64,000 bases of DNA, taken from assembly GCA_036826635.1 (NCBI GenBank), contig DAISVY010000001.1, positions 92,425 through 156,424 on the forward strand, written 5' to 3'. The notes beneath the pieces were generated by a model that was not told the origin of the DNA, made no database searches, and saw nothing but the letters and a program-made list of their open reading frames with translations. This DNA comes from Candidatus Zixiibacteriota bacterium. Its GTDB lineage: Bacteria > Zixibacteria > MSB-5A5 > GN15 > FEB-12. The translations under genes were made by a program, and so were the position numbers. Below, piece by piece: positions 29,025-38,786 of this stretch; position 1 is the stretch's first letter; the number at the start of each line of letters is the position of its first letter.

Positions 29025-29966
29025 TTACGGTGTGCCGACGGTTTTGCTGCTGTCGTTCAGGGTGGCGGCGATTTTTCGGGCTATCTCCAGCAGGTTGTCG
29101 GGGTAGTCCCTTCTCATCGGATCGAGGATAACCACTTTTCCGCCGAGTTCCGAGGCCATGGTTTCGGCTTGTCGGACCGAAAACTGCGGCTGAACGAAAA
29201 GCGCCTTGATACCGTCGCGGCGGGCCTTTTCGATTACATCAATAAGCTGCCGGGCCGACGGTTCTTTGCCCTCGAATTCTATTGCTACCTGTTGCAGGCC
29301 GTAGTCCTCGGCGAAGTAACCGTAAGACGGATGAAAAACGTACATCCGACGCCCCTTGACCGGTTCAAGGATTTTCTGAATCTCCGCGTTTACCGAATCG
29401 AGAAGCCGGGACAGGTTGGCCAGGCTATTCTCGTATTGTTCGGTGTTGGCGGGGTCTATTTCGATAAAGGCGTTGCAGATATTGCGCGCCTGAATTGCAG
29501 CCAGACGAGGAGAAAGCCAGATATGCGGATCAAGCGTACCACCGAATTTATCATTGTGGGTATGGAGCGCGATGGGCTGTAACTTGATCCCCTTGCGCGT
29601 GTCACACACTTTGAGATTTTCGAAAACTTCCTCGAATTTGCTCATCATTCGCAATTCGAAAGGCACCCCCGTCAGAAAGAGTACCTGCGCATCGGCCAGC
29701 CGTGCCATCTGCTGGGCGGTCGGCTCATAAGTGGCCGGAGACTGCCCCGGGGGCAACAATACCTCAACCGAAACCGCTTCCCCGCCGATTTGTTCGACAA
29801 GGTACGCTTGCGGCGCGATGCCTGTGAAAGCACGTATATTCACCCCGTCGATTTGATCCGACCGGGCCGGGACAGCAATCACCATCGACACCAGAATCGT
29901 CGCCAAAATACTAACTCTGAAAAAACACCGCGCCTTTCGAGGCGCTTCGGGAACAGCATATTTCAT
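29025..29966 (-). CDS. znuA: Metal ABC transporter substrate-binding protein (ZnuA/TroA cluster 9)
   Basis: The ORF is 29025..30047. I prefer the Met at 29966 (MKYAVPEAPRKARCFFRVSILATILVSMVIAVPARS, a signal peptide), which removes the overlap with the regulator gene. DPHIWLSP and HPSYGYF motifs are present. Confidence 0.85.
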   Translation of the reverse strand: MKYAVPEAPRKARCFFRVSILATILVSMVIAVPARSDQIDGVNIRAFTGIAPQAYLVEQIGGEAVSVEVLLPPGQSPATYEPTAQQMARLADAQVLFLTGVPFELRMMSKFEEVFENLKVCDTRKGIKLQPIALHTHNDKFGGTLDPHIWLSPRLAAIQARNICNAFIEIDPANTEQYENSLANLSRLLDSVNAEIQKILEPVKGRRMYVFHPSYGYFAEDYGLQQVAIEFEGKEPSARQLIDVIEKARRDGIKALFVQPQFSVRQAETMASELGGKVVILDPMRRDYPDNLLEIARKIAATLNDSSKTVGTP

Positions 29967-29982
29967 AAGCAGTCCGCTTCTG

Positions 29983-30258
29983 TCATTTCGTCGGTCCGTC
30001 TTCACTTTCGTGATTGCAGACCAGGTACATCTCATGGCAGTGTTCACATTCCTCCATGGGGTGATTCCGGCTGAAACGTTCCCAGTGACGACGTTGATTG
30101 GGCGTCAGCAGTCCTGTCCCTCGGCACAGGGGACAACTGTTTTCCAGAGCCGCCAGAACGGCATTGCGGATGAAACTGGATCTGTTGGGAATGCCCCGCA
30201 TGGCCTCGCGCAGCGATTCGTCAGCCTTGAAAGTGATTATCTCGGATTTTCTGTCCAT
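29983..30258 (-). CDS. Ribbon-helix-helix (CopG-like) protein with Cys/His-rich C-terminal domain, putative metal-responsive regulator
   Basis: 91 aa. The N-terminal RHH pattern is EIITFKADESLREAMRGIPNRSSFIRNAVLAAL. The C-terminus has CPLC (42-45), CEHC (71-74), C81 and five His. It is the first gene of the znuACB-like operon. Confidence 0.6.
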   Translation of the reverse strand: MDRKSEIITFKADESLREAMRGIPNRSSFIRNAVLAALENSCPLCRGTGLLTPNQRRHWERFSRNHPMEECEHCHEMYLVCNHESEDGPTK

Positions 30259-30539
30259 AGCGGCAATTGGTCTCCTTCATCTTGGTTACGCCGCCCCTCT
30301 ATGGTTTTATTGTTACCTTTTATTACGTTTTTGTCAAGGAAAGATTTTTCCCCTGATCCGGTTCCGGGTACGATTCCCAGAAGATGATATGAATGGTATA
30401 CGGTATTACGGATCGACGGTATCGAACGGCGGCGAAGTGAAGAGGGGTATCCGGGGAAGCGATCCGGCTTTTCGTTATGCCTCGGTTCGGGGCTTTATTC
30501 GGCGGGGTAAGATATTGATAATATGTATCTTAGGTTATC

Positions 30540-32957
30540 TCAGATATTCCACCAGTAGCTGGCTTTTATCAGAAAGATATTCTCCGCTCCGGCCGAGAAA
30601 AAGCGGTCGAAATCCCGCTTGAGAGCCAGATTGTTGGCGGTTTGATCGGCCTCCGGGCGGGCCCTTGTCCAGACGAGGTAGAGGGTACTTCCGGGAATGT
30701 ATTCCCAGCGAATCAGGAGGGTCGAATTCAACTGCGTATAGTTGTAATCGTAATAATCGAAATTCATCAGCGAATCGCCGTATTGGTCACCGCCCAGATA
30801 GGGTCGGTAATTATAGTAATCGAGCGAGGTCAGGATTCCCTCGGCCGACAACTGGCAGGAGAGGTTCCGATGTATCATCACGCTGGCGCTGGCGCTGAGA
30901 GAGATATAGTCCCAGTTCATATCGGCGAATACTTCCGTGTTTTCGTCCGGGTTGTCGACATACCAGACCTGGCCGTAATCCCGGCTGTATCGTGAATAGA
31001 TGTAGAACTCCAGGTTTGAGGCGGGGCGATAATTGACCGACATTCCCAGGGCACACCAGGGAGCTTCGCGGTAGTGCCCGCCGCTCGGGTACAAGCCAAA
31101 CGACAGTTTCCTGGCGGCGTCCGTTTCTATTTGAACCCACCATGAGTAGATTGTTGGCTTTTTCCATTTGTCGTGCCCTCTCGTTTCGCGGTCGTCCCAC
31201 TCGTCGAAACTTACATTGAAGCCGGCGCTGGCTGACCAGTTGTTGATGAATTCAAAGTAACTGTTCCAATTCCCGCCGCGCTCGATGTTGTCCCCGGCGT
31301 AATTCCAGGCCGCGTAACCGTTGAGGTTATTGTAGCTGTTGCGGATGATCCACCAGTCGTCGGTCGTACGATATTGCAGCCATATCCAACCGCCGCGCCA
31401 GTCGTTGCGATTGAGGTAGCCGAGGCGGTTCAGATTGAGGTTCGGGTCTTCGATCTCGAGGCCGATTCCTCCCCGGATGTGTTTGCCGGAGTATTTATTG
31501 AGAGTAGCATCGATTCCGAACCCGGTGTTTTCGTTGTCGTTGCGGCTGAATACGGTCTGGCCGCTCAACAGCCAGCCCGAGTTATGGTCGTACAATCGCC
31601 AGTCGATTCCACCGGTTACGGCCGGGTGGCGTTCGTCCTGACTGGCCAGGGTCAGCATGCCGCCCAGGCTGGAATTGTTCAGCACGTCCTGTTTGACCCG
31701 CACTACCGAGTAACCGGCTTGGGTTTCCATGATGCCCTCTCGCAACTCACCGGACGTAGTGATATATTTGCCTTTTTCTTCGTCGGTGACGGCGGTTAAA
31801 ATCGCCAGGTTGGTGCCGGTGGCGAGTTTGCCGGTCAGTTTGGCGGCTCCCAGAATAGTCGTTTCGCTGGGACGGTCACTATCGGCGTAGTATTCGGGGT
31901 CGTCGGGGTACCCCGTGGGCCTTCGCCCGATCCTTCGCGAGTAGAAAAGATCGTAACGAGTTTCGAAAAGGTTGGCCCCTTCTATGAAGAACGGTCGTCG
32001 CTCACTGTATTGAGTTTCGAAAGTCGAAAGATTGAGCACCGGCTCGTCGGCTTCCACCTGACCGAAATCCGGGTTGACCGTAGCGTCCAGAGTCAGGTCA
32101 GAGGAAATTCCGTATTTGACATCCACGCCCATATCGCCGAACCCGCTCCGACCGTCGGGGTCACTCATTGTGCCCGGTTGCGACCGGTAATCGGCAACCA
32201 TGTATGGCTGTATGGCCAGATGATGGGCGGGCTGAATGTCGACCAAACCGGTCAGGTGGCCGAAATTGGAGGCGAACCCACCCTTGGCCAGAGGAGTAAA
32301 CGCCCAGCGAGCGCTTTCATTATGACGCTCGATCCAGCGGACAAAATCGATTCCCCAGACGTGTTCGGTCTTCTCGTTAAAGCGCAGACAATAGTAGGGA
32401 ATACGTACCTCGGCGCTCCATCCCCACGGCTGCATTTGGACGGCACTCTCCCAGACACCGTCCCAGTTCGAGTCCAGGCAATCCTCGTCGTAAATGCGGT
32501 AGTCCTGCTGCACGTTGGCGGCGCTGATATCGAACTCGTAGCCGCTCTGGTGATCATGATAGGGATCGAGGCGGATAATTACCCTGTCGGCGATTGAACT
32601 GCGGTCTCGCCTGACCAGTTGCTTGCGGATTTTGGAAGGCTCCGAGTCGTAACACCAGAAGGCGAAGTACAGAGCACTTTCATCGTAGGCAACCGCAACC
32701 AGGGTCGATTCCGAGGCCGGCTCACCCTCGTCGGGACTCCGCTGGATAAACTTCCTTGCGTACTTGATATCTTCGCGCTGCCAGATCGTGTCGTCGAGCC
32801 GACCGTCGATTTCCGGCGGATGCGGATTTACCCGGAAAGCCCGGAGTTCCGGAATTACTCTTGCCGTAGATGCGGGTGGTTGTGCCTGTATGCCCGGAAT
32901 CCCCAGGATAATAAATTCAAAAACAAGGAGGCCAAAAACAGTGACCACGGTCTTCAT
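30540..32957 (-). CDS. Large secreted/outer-membrane protein, CBM9-like N-domain + DUF5916-like C-terminal region
   Basis: 805 aa with a signal peptide (MKTVVTVFGLLVFEFIILGIPGIQA). PPEIDGRLDDTIWQ is typical of family-9 CBM-like domains. The long C-terminal part is rich in Y/W/N/D. The family name is recalled from memory. Confidence 0.65.
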   Translation of the reverse strand: MKTVVTVFGLLVFEFIILGIPGIQAQPPASTARVIPELRAFRVNPHPPEIDGRLDDTIWQREDIKYARKFIQRSPDEGEPASESTLVAVAYDESALYFAFWCYDSEPSKIRKQLVRRDRSSIADRVIIRLDPYHDHQSGYEFDISAANVQQDYRIYDEDCLDSNWDGVWESAVQMQPWGWSAEVRIPYYCLRFNEKTEHVWGIDFVRWIERHNESARWAFTPLAKGGFASNFGHLTGLVDIQPAHHLAIQPYMVADYRSQPGTMSDPDGRSGFGDMGVDVKYGISSDLTLDATVNPDFGQVEADEPVLNLSTFETQYSERRPFFIEGANLFETRYDLFYSRRIGRRPTGYPDDPEYYADSDRPSETTILGAAKLTGKLATGTNLAILTAVTDEEKGKYITTSGELREGIMETQAGYSVVRVKQDVLNNSSLGGMLTLASQDERHPAVTGGIDWRLYDHNSGWLLSGQTVFSRNDNENTGFGIDATLNKYSGKHIRGGIGLEIEDPNLNLNRLGYLNRNDWRGGWIWLQYRTTDDWWIIRNSYNNLNGYAAWNYAGDNIERGGNWNSYFEFINNWSASAGFNVSFDEWDDRETRGHDKWKKPTIYSWWVQIETDAARKLSFGLYPSGGHYREAPWCALGMSVNYRPASNLEFYIYSRYSRDYGQVWYVDNPDENTEVFADMNWDYISLSASASVMIHRNLSCQLSAEGILTSLDYYNYRPYLGGDQYGDSLMNFDYYDYNYTQLNSTLLIRWEYIPGSTLYLVWTRARPEADQTANNLALKRDFDRFFSAGAENIFLIKASYWWNI

Positions 32958-33317
32958 GCCGGGGAATCTCCTTATGTCGGTTACCGGCGGATTCGGGCGA
33001 ATCGGTTGGGGGGTGTCGAGTGCTCGACGAGTATTCCTCTGTGACCGCTTCGCTTTTATCTCTTCTGTTGTGGTGTCTCAACCTCCAGTATGATTTAAGA
33101 CGTAGAAACAGGTGAGATGTTGCCTTGATTACTCAATTTATCCGATAGAAAAAATGACCGTGAACGCGCGCTCTTGATTTCAAACGCCGGGCCGCGAAAG
33201 TGAACACTCCGAACTTTCGAAAGACCTGATCTCAGAGCTTGACTGTCAAACCGCCGATGGTGATTATTCTTTTTGACTCGGTGATACATCCGGCTGTCGG
33301 AGGGCGGTGTTTTTGTT

Positions 33318-34085
33318 ATGCGTATTGCTACCTGGAACGTAAACTCGGTTCGCTCCCGTCTTGAGCGTCTGTTGGACTGGCTTGGACGGCATGAACCCGA
33401 TGTACTGTGTTTGCAGGAGTTGAAGACGGTGGAAGAGACGTTCCCGTTTGACGTCTTGCGGGAGATCGGTTATCACGCCGTTGTGTGTGGGCAGAAGACT
33501 TACAACGGGGTTGCCATAATCAGTCGAAGCGAACCGACCGATATCAGACGCGGCTTTGCGGTTGACGACAACGATCCGCAGGCCCGGTTGATTTCGGCCG
33601 TGATCGACGGCGTGAGGATTTTCAGTGCCTACTTTCCTAACGGGGGAGAAGTAGGTTCGGACAAATTCACTTATAAGCTGCAATGGATGGACCGTTTGCG
33701 GACGATGTTCGAACGGAAGCACTCGTCCGATGAATCTCTGGTCCTCTGCGGTGATTTTAACGTCGCTATCGGCGACTTGGATGTCGCCGTTCCCGAGCGC
33801 TGGGCCGATACCGTTCTTTGTGTGCCTGAGGTTCGCGCTGCTTTGCGGAAGATAAGCGATTGGGGCTGGACCGACGTTTTCCGCGTTTGTCATCCCGAAG
33901 AAAGCGCCTATTCATGGTGGGATTATCGTCGTCTCGCTTTCGTTCACAACGACGGTTTGCGTATCGATTACATCTTCGCCACTTCCCCCCTGGCCGCGAA
34001 GTGTACCGGTGTGGAAATAGATCGCGAAGAACGCAAAGGGCAGAAACCTTCCGATCACGCCCCCGTTATCGCTTCATTCGAATGA
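33318..34085 (+). CDS. xthA: Exodeoxyribonuclease III
   Basis: 255 aa. MRIATWNVNSVRSR, LCLQELK, and the C-terminal PSDHAPVIASF. Confidence 0.92.
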   Translation: MRIATWNVNSVRSRLERLLDWLGRHEPDVLCLQELKTVEETFPFDVLREIGYHAVVCGQKTYNGVAIISRSEPTDIRRGFAVDDNDPQARLISAVIDGVRIFSAYFPNGGEVGSDKFTYKLQWMDRLRTMFERKHSSDESLVLCGDFNVAIGDLDVAVPERWADTVLCVPEVRAALRKISDWGWTDVFRVCHPEESAYSWWDYRRLAFVHNDGLRIDYIFATSPLAAKCTGVEIDREERKGQKPSDHAPVIASFE

Positions 34086-34563
34086 CTTGTTTTTAGAACT
34101 CCGTATTCGACCGGGCTCAGCCTATAAAAGCTTAGCCCCGCACCGGGGGGGAGGGGGAACGGCACGGGGCCAATTGGCGAATTGCTGCTATGCAGGTATG
34201 CAAAGCAACACCGCCAGTTCTATATACATTACAAATTAATAGCTTATTTGTTTCCTAAACCAAAAACTATTTCCATATACTTTATATTTTGCAGCTCGGT
34301 TGCTGCCCCCTATGGAGCCGGCCTTTTCCTGACTCCACCTAAACAAGACATAAATACTCTTATCTGTCCAGTAAAAAGTCCGAATATCCGGCAAAAGCAA
34401 CAAAAAAACTTCACTTGTTAGTGAGCAATAACTCTTCGGAAAGCCTTTTGTAGCCCCGGTTTTTCGCTCGTTGAAAGCTTGACAGGGGGCTCAATTGATC
34501 TTAAATGGCTCTTGAAAAGCGGGTAGTAAATCGTAATTGCTTTTATGCCGATGTACAGGATGT

Positions 34564-35361
34564 ATGAAAGCTACGTCTAACTTTCGATATTTTATAGCCT
34601 TACTGTTCCTGCTCGGGTGCCTTGTCGGAATCGGGCCGGGTTGTAATGATGACATGATTAATTCGCGTTTTTGGGAGAACTACCGGTTTGAAGGTGTTCT
34701 TGTTCAGGACATGAATTCCGACTCGGTCATTATTGCCGCCGCGCTGCGACGGCAGGATACCACGGTGACTGACGCCGAAGTGCGTTTTGACGACGCCGAG
34801 TTGATTTTCAACGCCGCCGCTTTCGTGCTCGATTCCGTTTATTCGTATTGCGATGACAGCCTGACTGTCTTTGCCGCCGGAGAACATTGGGTGGCGATTA
34901 CGAATGATCGGTCTTTCGGTGACAGTGTGCTCAACAGCGTGCCTGATACTTTTTCCATATCGAATGTCGTACCGAGTAACCACCAGTTGCAGGGGGCCGA
35001 GGTGGTGTCGCTGGAATGGGATATTTCGGCCAACGCCGAGCGGTATGTCGTTGCCGCGGTCAAAGCCGGTTCTGCATACACCGGTCAGGGTTACAGCGCT
35101 CCGGTGGCGAGTCTCATAAATGCCGGGACTATAGAACAAGATGCTTTTATCTCTTCCCAGACGGGCGAACCGGATACCGGTTTGTACAACGTGTACGTTT
35201 ATGCTCTCAATGGTTCTCCCGACAGCGCTCTGGCTGACCAACTCCTGCCGGTGCCTCTTCCCAGTCAGTTGGACGACAATATCGAACACCTGAGACTCTC
35301 GGGGGATTTCGGGAGTGTCTGTGTTACCCGCGCCGACACCGTGAGAGTAACTATCAGATAA
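34564..35361 (+). CDS. Hypothetical lipoprotein
   Basis: The ORF is 34537..35361. I prefer MKATSNFRYFIALLFLLGC (lipobox LLGC). No family recognised. Confidence 0.5.
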   Translation: MKATSNFRYFIALLFLLGCLVGIGPGCNDDMINSRFWENYRFEGVLVQDMNSDSVIIAAALRRQDTTVTDAEVRFDDAELIFNAAAFVLDSVYSYCDDSLTVFAAGEHWVAITNDRSFGDSVLNSVPDTFSISNVVPSNHQLQGAEVVSLEWDISANAERYVVAAVKAGSAYTGQGYSAPVASLINAGTIEQDAFISSQTGEPDTGLYNVYVYALNGSPDSALADQLLPVPLPSQLDDNIEHLRLSGDFGSVCVTRADTVRVTIR

Positions 35362-35383
35362 CCGCGTGAAATCGACGATTTAC

Positions 35384-35407
35384 AAGGCCGGCAGTCCGGC
35401 CTTTTTT
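35384..35407 (+). terminator. Rho-independent terminator
   Basis: AAGGCCGG-cagt-CCGGCCTT followed by TTTT, 23 nt after the stop. Confidence 0.65.
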
Positions 35408-35443
35408 ATTGCCCGTTTCGGACGGCGGTGATAGATTCTGGCC

Positions 35444-36355
35444 ATGCCGAACCTTGAACGACTCATCGGGGAGCTTGAGCGGCTGGAGACGGAGCAGATC
35501 AACCGCAATACTGTCGATATTGACCGCCTGTCGCCTCTGGAGATCGCCCGAAAAATCAACCGCGAAGATCATACCATTGCTTCCGTAGTGGAAAAGGCCC
35601 TGGAACCGATTGCCCGGGCGGCCGAGATATATGCCGATACACTGCGCGGCGGCGGTCGGGTTTTCACCATCGGGGCGGGGACCTCGGGAAGGCTCGGGGT
35701 GCTGGACGCGGCCGAGTGTCCGCCCACTTTCGGAACCGACCCGGAGCAGATAGTGGGGGTTATTTCGGGCGGTTACGATACCCTTGTGCTTTCGCGGGAA
35801 GGGGTTGAAGACAATCGTCAGGCCGCGGTGGAAGATTTGAAGAAGCGCCGTTTTGCAGCGGGGGATTTCCTGATTGGCCTTGCGGCTTCGGTGCGGACCC
35901 CTTACACTCTGTCGGGGCTTGAATACGCGCAGTCGACAGGTGCCCGGACCGCGTTTCTGGTGTGCAATCGAGTGGAAAATCTGGACGTAAAACCGGATGT
36001 ACTCATAGAGCTGCCGGTTGGTCCGGAAGTAATCACCGGCTCCACCCGTATGAAATCGGGGACCGCTCAGAAAATGGCCCTTAATATGATCTCTACGACC
36101 GCTATGGTTTTGTTGGGGAAGACCTACGGTAACCTGATGATCGATTTGGAGTGTCGGTCGGAAAAACTGGCTGCTCGCTCCCGGAAGATGCTTATGGATC
36201 TGCTGAAGCTTGATTTCGAAGAAGCGGATCGGCTGTTGCAGAGCGCCGACGGTAAGGTCAAGCTGGCCATAGCTATGCATCGCTGCCACTGTTCCAAGCA
36301 GGAGGCTCAGGAGCGTCTGGATAAGGTCGGCGGTTTTCTGTCTCGTCTGACGTGA
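35444..36355 (+). CDS. murQ: N-acetylmuramic acid 6-phosphate etherase
   Basis: 303 aa. LETEQINRNTVDIDRLSPLEIARKINRED is the MurQ N-terminus. The SIS motif is GAGTSGRLG, followed by TGSTRMKSGTAQK. Confidence 0.88.
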   Translation: MPNLERLIGELERLETEQINRNTVDIDRLSPLEIARKINREDHTIASVVEKALEPIARAAEIYADTLRGGGRVFTIGAGTSGRLGVLDAAECPPTFGTDPEQIVGVISGGYDTLVLSREGVEDNRQAAVEDLKKRRFAAGDFLIGLAASVRTPYTLSGLEYAQSTGARTAFLVCNRVENLDVKPDVLIELPVGPEVITGSTRMKSGTAQKMALNMISTTAMVLLGKTYGNLMIDLECRSEKLAARSRKMLMDLLKLDFEEADRLLQSADGKVKLAIAMHRCHCSKQEAQERLDKVGGFLSRLT

Positions 36356-36556
36356 AGCGGTGAACTGTCCCGTGCGGTTCATCGCACGGCGGCTGTACCC
36401 TCAGGTACGCTTTTCCCGTGTAGAATAAGCCCGGCGCCAAAGCGCAAGGTTATGTGTAATAAGTGGTTACCATGGCCGGATACGGACCGGCACGAACCTT
36501 GATTCTGCAAAGGGCAGAACGAAGTCCGAATGAATGCATACCGAGGAGAATGTGAG

Positions 36557-37702
36557 ATGCTAAAAAGGATGTTTCTGCCGTTTCTGGCTATGGCTCTGAT
36601 GGTCTGGGCGGTGGGTTGCTCAAGTAACCCTTCCGAGCCGGACGCTGCCGATACTCCCAACTTCACCGATGAATTCGGGGGATACACCACCGCCGCAGAG
36701 GCTCCGGGGTTCGGTGACAGTGAGTTGATTGCTGCCGAGGCCGAGGAAGAAGAAATTGACGATCCGCTGGAGGCCAGTCCCGAAGTCAGCCAGTTGGCTG
36801 ATGATTCCAAGGCGGCCGCGTTCCATTTCCGGGCGATCTGGGGACAGATTCCGTGCGATTCCACCGTGACTGAAGTAACCGACTGGTCCGGATCGCTGTC
36901 TGTATCGGACGGGGCTTTGCTCGTAAGGCGCCTGATCCGCTTTGAAGCCGGGGAAGATTCTTTGCTTCCGCGGACCGACCGGGCTTTGGTTGAATGGTCA
37001 TCTTATACGACTATTCACAACGATGGCATAGCTTTCGATATCCTGGTCCCGGCTCGTCTGACGACTTACGACACGTCGTGGGTGCAAGATGGAGAGGACA
37101 GCGTCGTGGTGATTGATACCGTGGCGCCCGAGCCGTTCTCGCTGACATTTGAGACCGGTCCTTACACCCGTGTTTTCGATCTTGCGGATCTGGCCGCTCT
37201 TGATACGGTGGTGACGCTTGAAGATTCCAGCCGGGTGGCTTTCCAGGGGTTCCAGATGTTCCGCGACGGTTGCCCGCGCGGTGTCATGAACGGTCGCTGG
37301 GGGTTCGATGAAGACGGCAACGGTGAGTTCGTTGGTCTCTGGACCAACCGGTACGGTCGTCTGATCGGTTATCTTCGCGGTCACTTCGGTGAAAATGATG
37401 AAGGCGAGAGAGTGTTCTACGGCAAATGTATTGACCAGTTGGGGAATTTCGAGGGTCTTATCAAAGGTGATTGGGCCCCCAACCCGAACGAACATGCCAA
37501 CGGGAATGCTTTCAAACACGGCGGTGGAAAATTCCGCGGCAAGATATACAACGCCCAGCGCACGGCTGTCGGTGTTGTGAAGGGGCATTATCAGGCGGCT
37601 CAGGAATTGCACCAGGGTTGGTTTGGAGGTCGCTGGAAGCTGTACTGTGCCGACGAACCGGCGACGAATAACGGTATCGGAACGCTGGGGGACGGTTTCT
37701 AA
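36557..37702 (+). CDS. Hypothetical lipoprotein with acidic linker and C-terminal Gly/aromatic repeats
   Basis: The ORF is 36530..37702. I prefer MLKRMFLPFLAMALMVWAVGC (lipobox). It has the acidic stretch AAEAEEEEIDDPLEA. Confidence 0.5.
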   Translation: MLKRMFLPFLAMALMVWAVGCSSNPSEPDAADTPNFTDEFGGYTTAAEAPGFGDSELIAAEAEEEEIDDPLEASPEVSQLADDSKAAAFHFRAIWGQIPCDSTVTEVTDWSGSLSVSDGALLVRRLIRFEAGEDSLLPRTDRALVEWSSYTTIHNDGIAFDILVPARLTTYDTSWVQDGEDSVVVIDTVAPEPFSLTFETGPYTRVFDLADLAALDTVVTLEDSSRVAFQGFQMFRDGCPRGVMNGRWGFDEDGNGEFVGLWTNRYGRLIGYLRGHFGENDEGERVFYGKCIDQLGNFEGLIKGDWAPNPNEHANGNAFKHGGGKFRGKIYNAQRTAVGVVKGHYQAAQELHQGWFGGRWKLYCADEPATNNGIGTLGDGF

Positions 37703-37753
37703 GCGGTTATTGGTTCGAACCCTGACGGCAGGGCTGGTATATCATATACCGGG

Positions 37754-37788
37754 GCCGACGGTCGATTGACTGTCGGCTCTTTTTTTTA
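37754..37788 (+). terminator. Rho-independent terminator
   Basis: GCCGACGGTC-gatt-GACTGTCGGC (10-bp stem including one G-T pair) followed by TCTTTTTTTT. Confidence 0.7.
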
Positions 37789-37850
37789 TGCGGATTTTTC
37801 GGCAGGTAAAATTCGCCCGTTGGGAAACAACCGGTCGTCTGATCTGTTAT

Positions 37851-37877
37851 AAAAAAAGAGGAAGGTCGACCTCCCTC
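37851..37877 (-). terminator. Minus-strand intrinsic terminator for the TPR gene
   Basis: GAGGAAGG-tcga-CCTCCCTC hairpin (37858-37877), preceded on the plus strand by A7 (37851-37857), which gives a U7 tail on the minus strand. Confidence 0.5.
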
Positions 37878-37940
37878 CTGTCTCTGTCCTTTATGGACGG
37901 TTGCCGGACGGGCAGAACAAATTTATAGTTCTGCCCGTTT

Positions 37941-38786
37941 TCATTTCAATTCCTGCTCAAGTTTCGTGATAAGTGAGTCCAGATGGTGACCGGGATCTAT
38001 CTCCGATTGAATCTCCCGGTAAATTTTAAGAGCTTCCCGTTTTTTCGAGCGGCTCTTCTGGGAAGACAGGGTATGTGCCAGGTTCAGGCGATAGGCTGCA
38101 TTCGCCGTGTCGCAGGTGGCAATAGGCCGGAGAAGTTTTTCGGCCTCTTCATAACGACCTTGATGAGAATAGTAAGTCGCTTTGTTGGCGATGAAACGGA
38201 AGTCCTCCCCAAACACGTGCAGGGCGCTGTCCATAATCGTTATGGCCAGGTCAAACGAGTCACATATGGCGGCAAAATTGGCCGTCTGCAGATACCAGTT
38301 GGGGTTGTCGGGCTGCGAGTCCATGGCTTTGCGTATCCAATAGAGGGCGTTGAGAGACGATCCGGCCCGGTTCCACATCTCGGCGATTTGACTGAAATAC
38401 TGCTCGTAACCGTCGCCCGTTTCAGCCAGCACGTATGTGGCGTGGATAGCATCTTTCCATTCGCCCAGAGTTAACGCTACTTCCCGAATGGTCTGATTCA
38501 ATTCGCGGTCGTCCGGGTAAAGGAGATCGGCGCGCTTCAGATAAAACAAGGCCGAATCGTAGACGAAATCACGCTGGTAACACAGCGCGGTGAAGTATAA
38601 CAGGTCCTTGTCCGACGGGGCGATGGTTATACCTTTGAGGAAAAGATTTCGCGCTTTGGAATAGTCCTGCTCAAGGAATGCTTTCTTGCCGGTTTTGCGC
38701 AGCTCCTCGACCGACTCCGATCCGCCACACCCGATCAGCAACGCCAGGAGCGCTGAGATGATAATTGCTTGTCCGATTCTGATCAT
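37941..38786 (-). CDS. TPR-repeat lipoprotein
   Basis: 281 aa. MIRIGQAIIISALLALLIGC has a lipobox. Repeated A/Y/L-patterned 34-aa units are present (e.g. DYSKARNLFLKGITIAP, YEEAEKLLRPIA). Confidence 0.7.
   Translation of the reverse strand: MIRIGQAIIISALLALLIGCGGSESVEELRKTGKKAFLEQDYSKARNLFLKGITIAPSDKDLLYFTALCYQRDFVYDSALFYLKRADLLYPDDRELNQTIREVALTLGEWKDAIHATYVLAETGDGYEQYFSQIAEMWNRAGSSLNALYWIRKAMDSQPDNPNWYLQTANFAAICDSFDLAITIMDSALHVFGEDFRFIANKATYYSHQGRYEEAEKLLRPIATCDTANAAYRLNLAHTLSSQKSRSKKREALKIYREIQSEIDPGHHLDSLITKLEQELK

Noticed and set aside
30508-30532. The inverted repeat TAAGATA-N11-TATCTTA, considered as an operator for the RHH regulator.
   Set aside because: It abuts the stop codon of the upstream DUF5916-like gene and lies ~250 nt from the RHH start. 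It is short and AT-only. It is more likely a weak 3' hairpin or a chance match.
34182-34421. A 79-aa ORF in the AT-rich island.
   Set aside because: It has no RBS and an odd composition (K/F/I/Y-rich from AT-rich DNA). It has no signal or domain and most likely arises by chance in AT-rich sequence.
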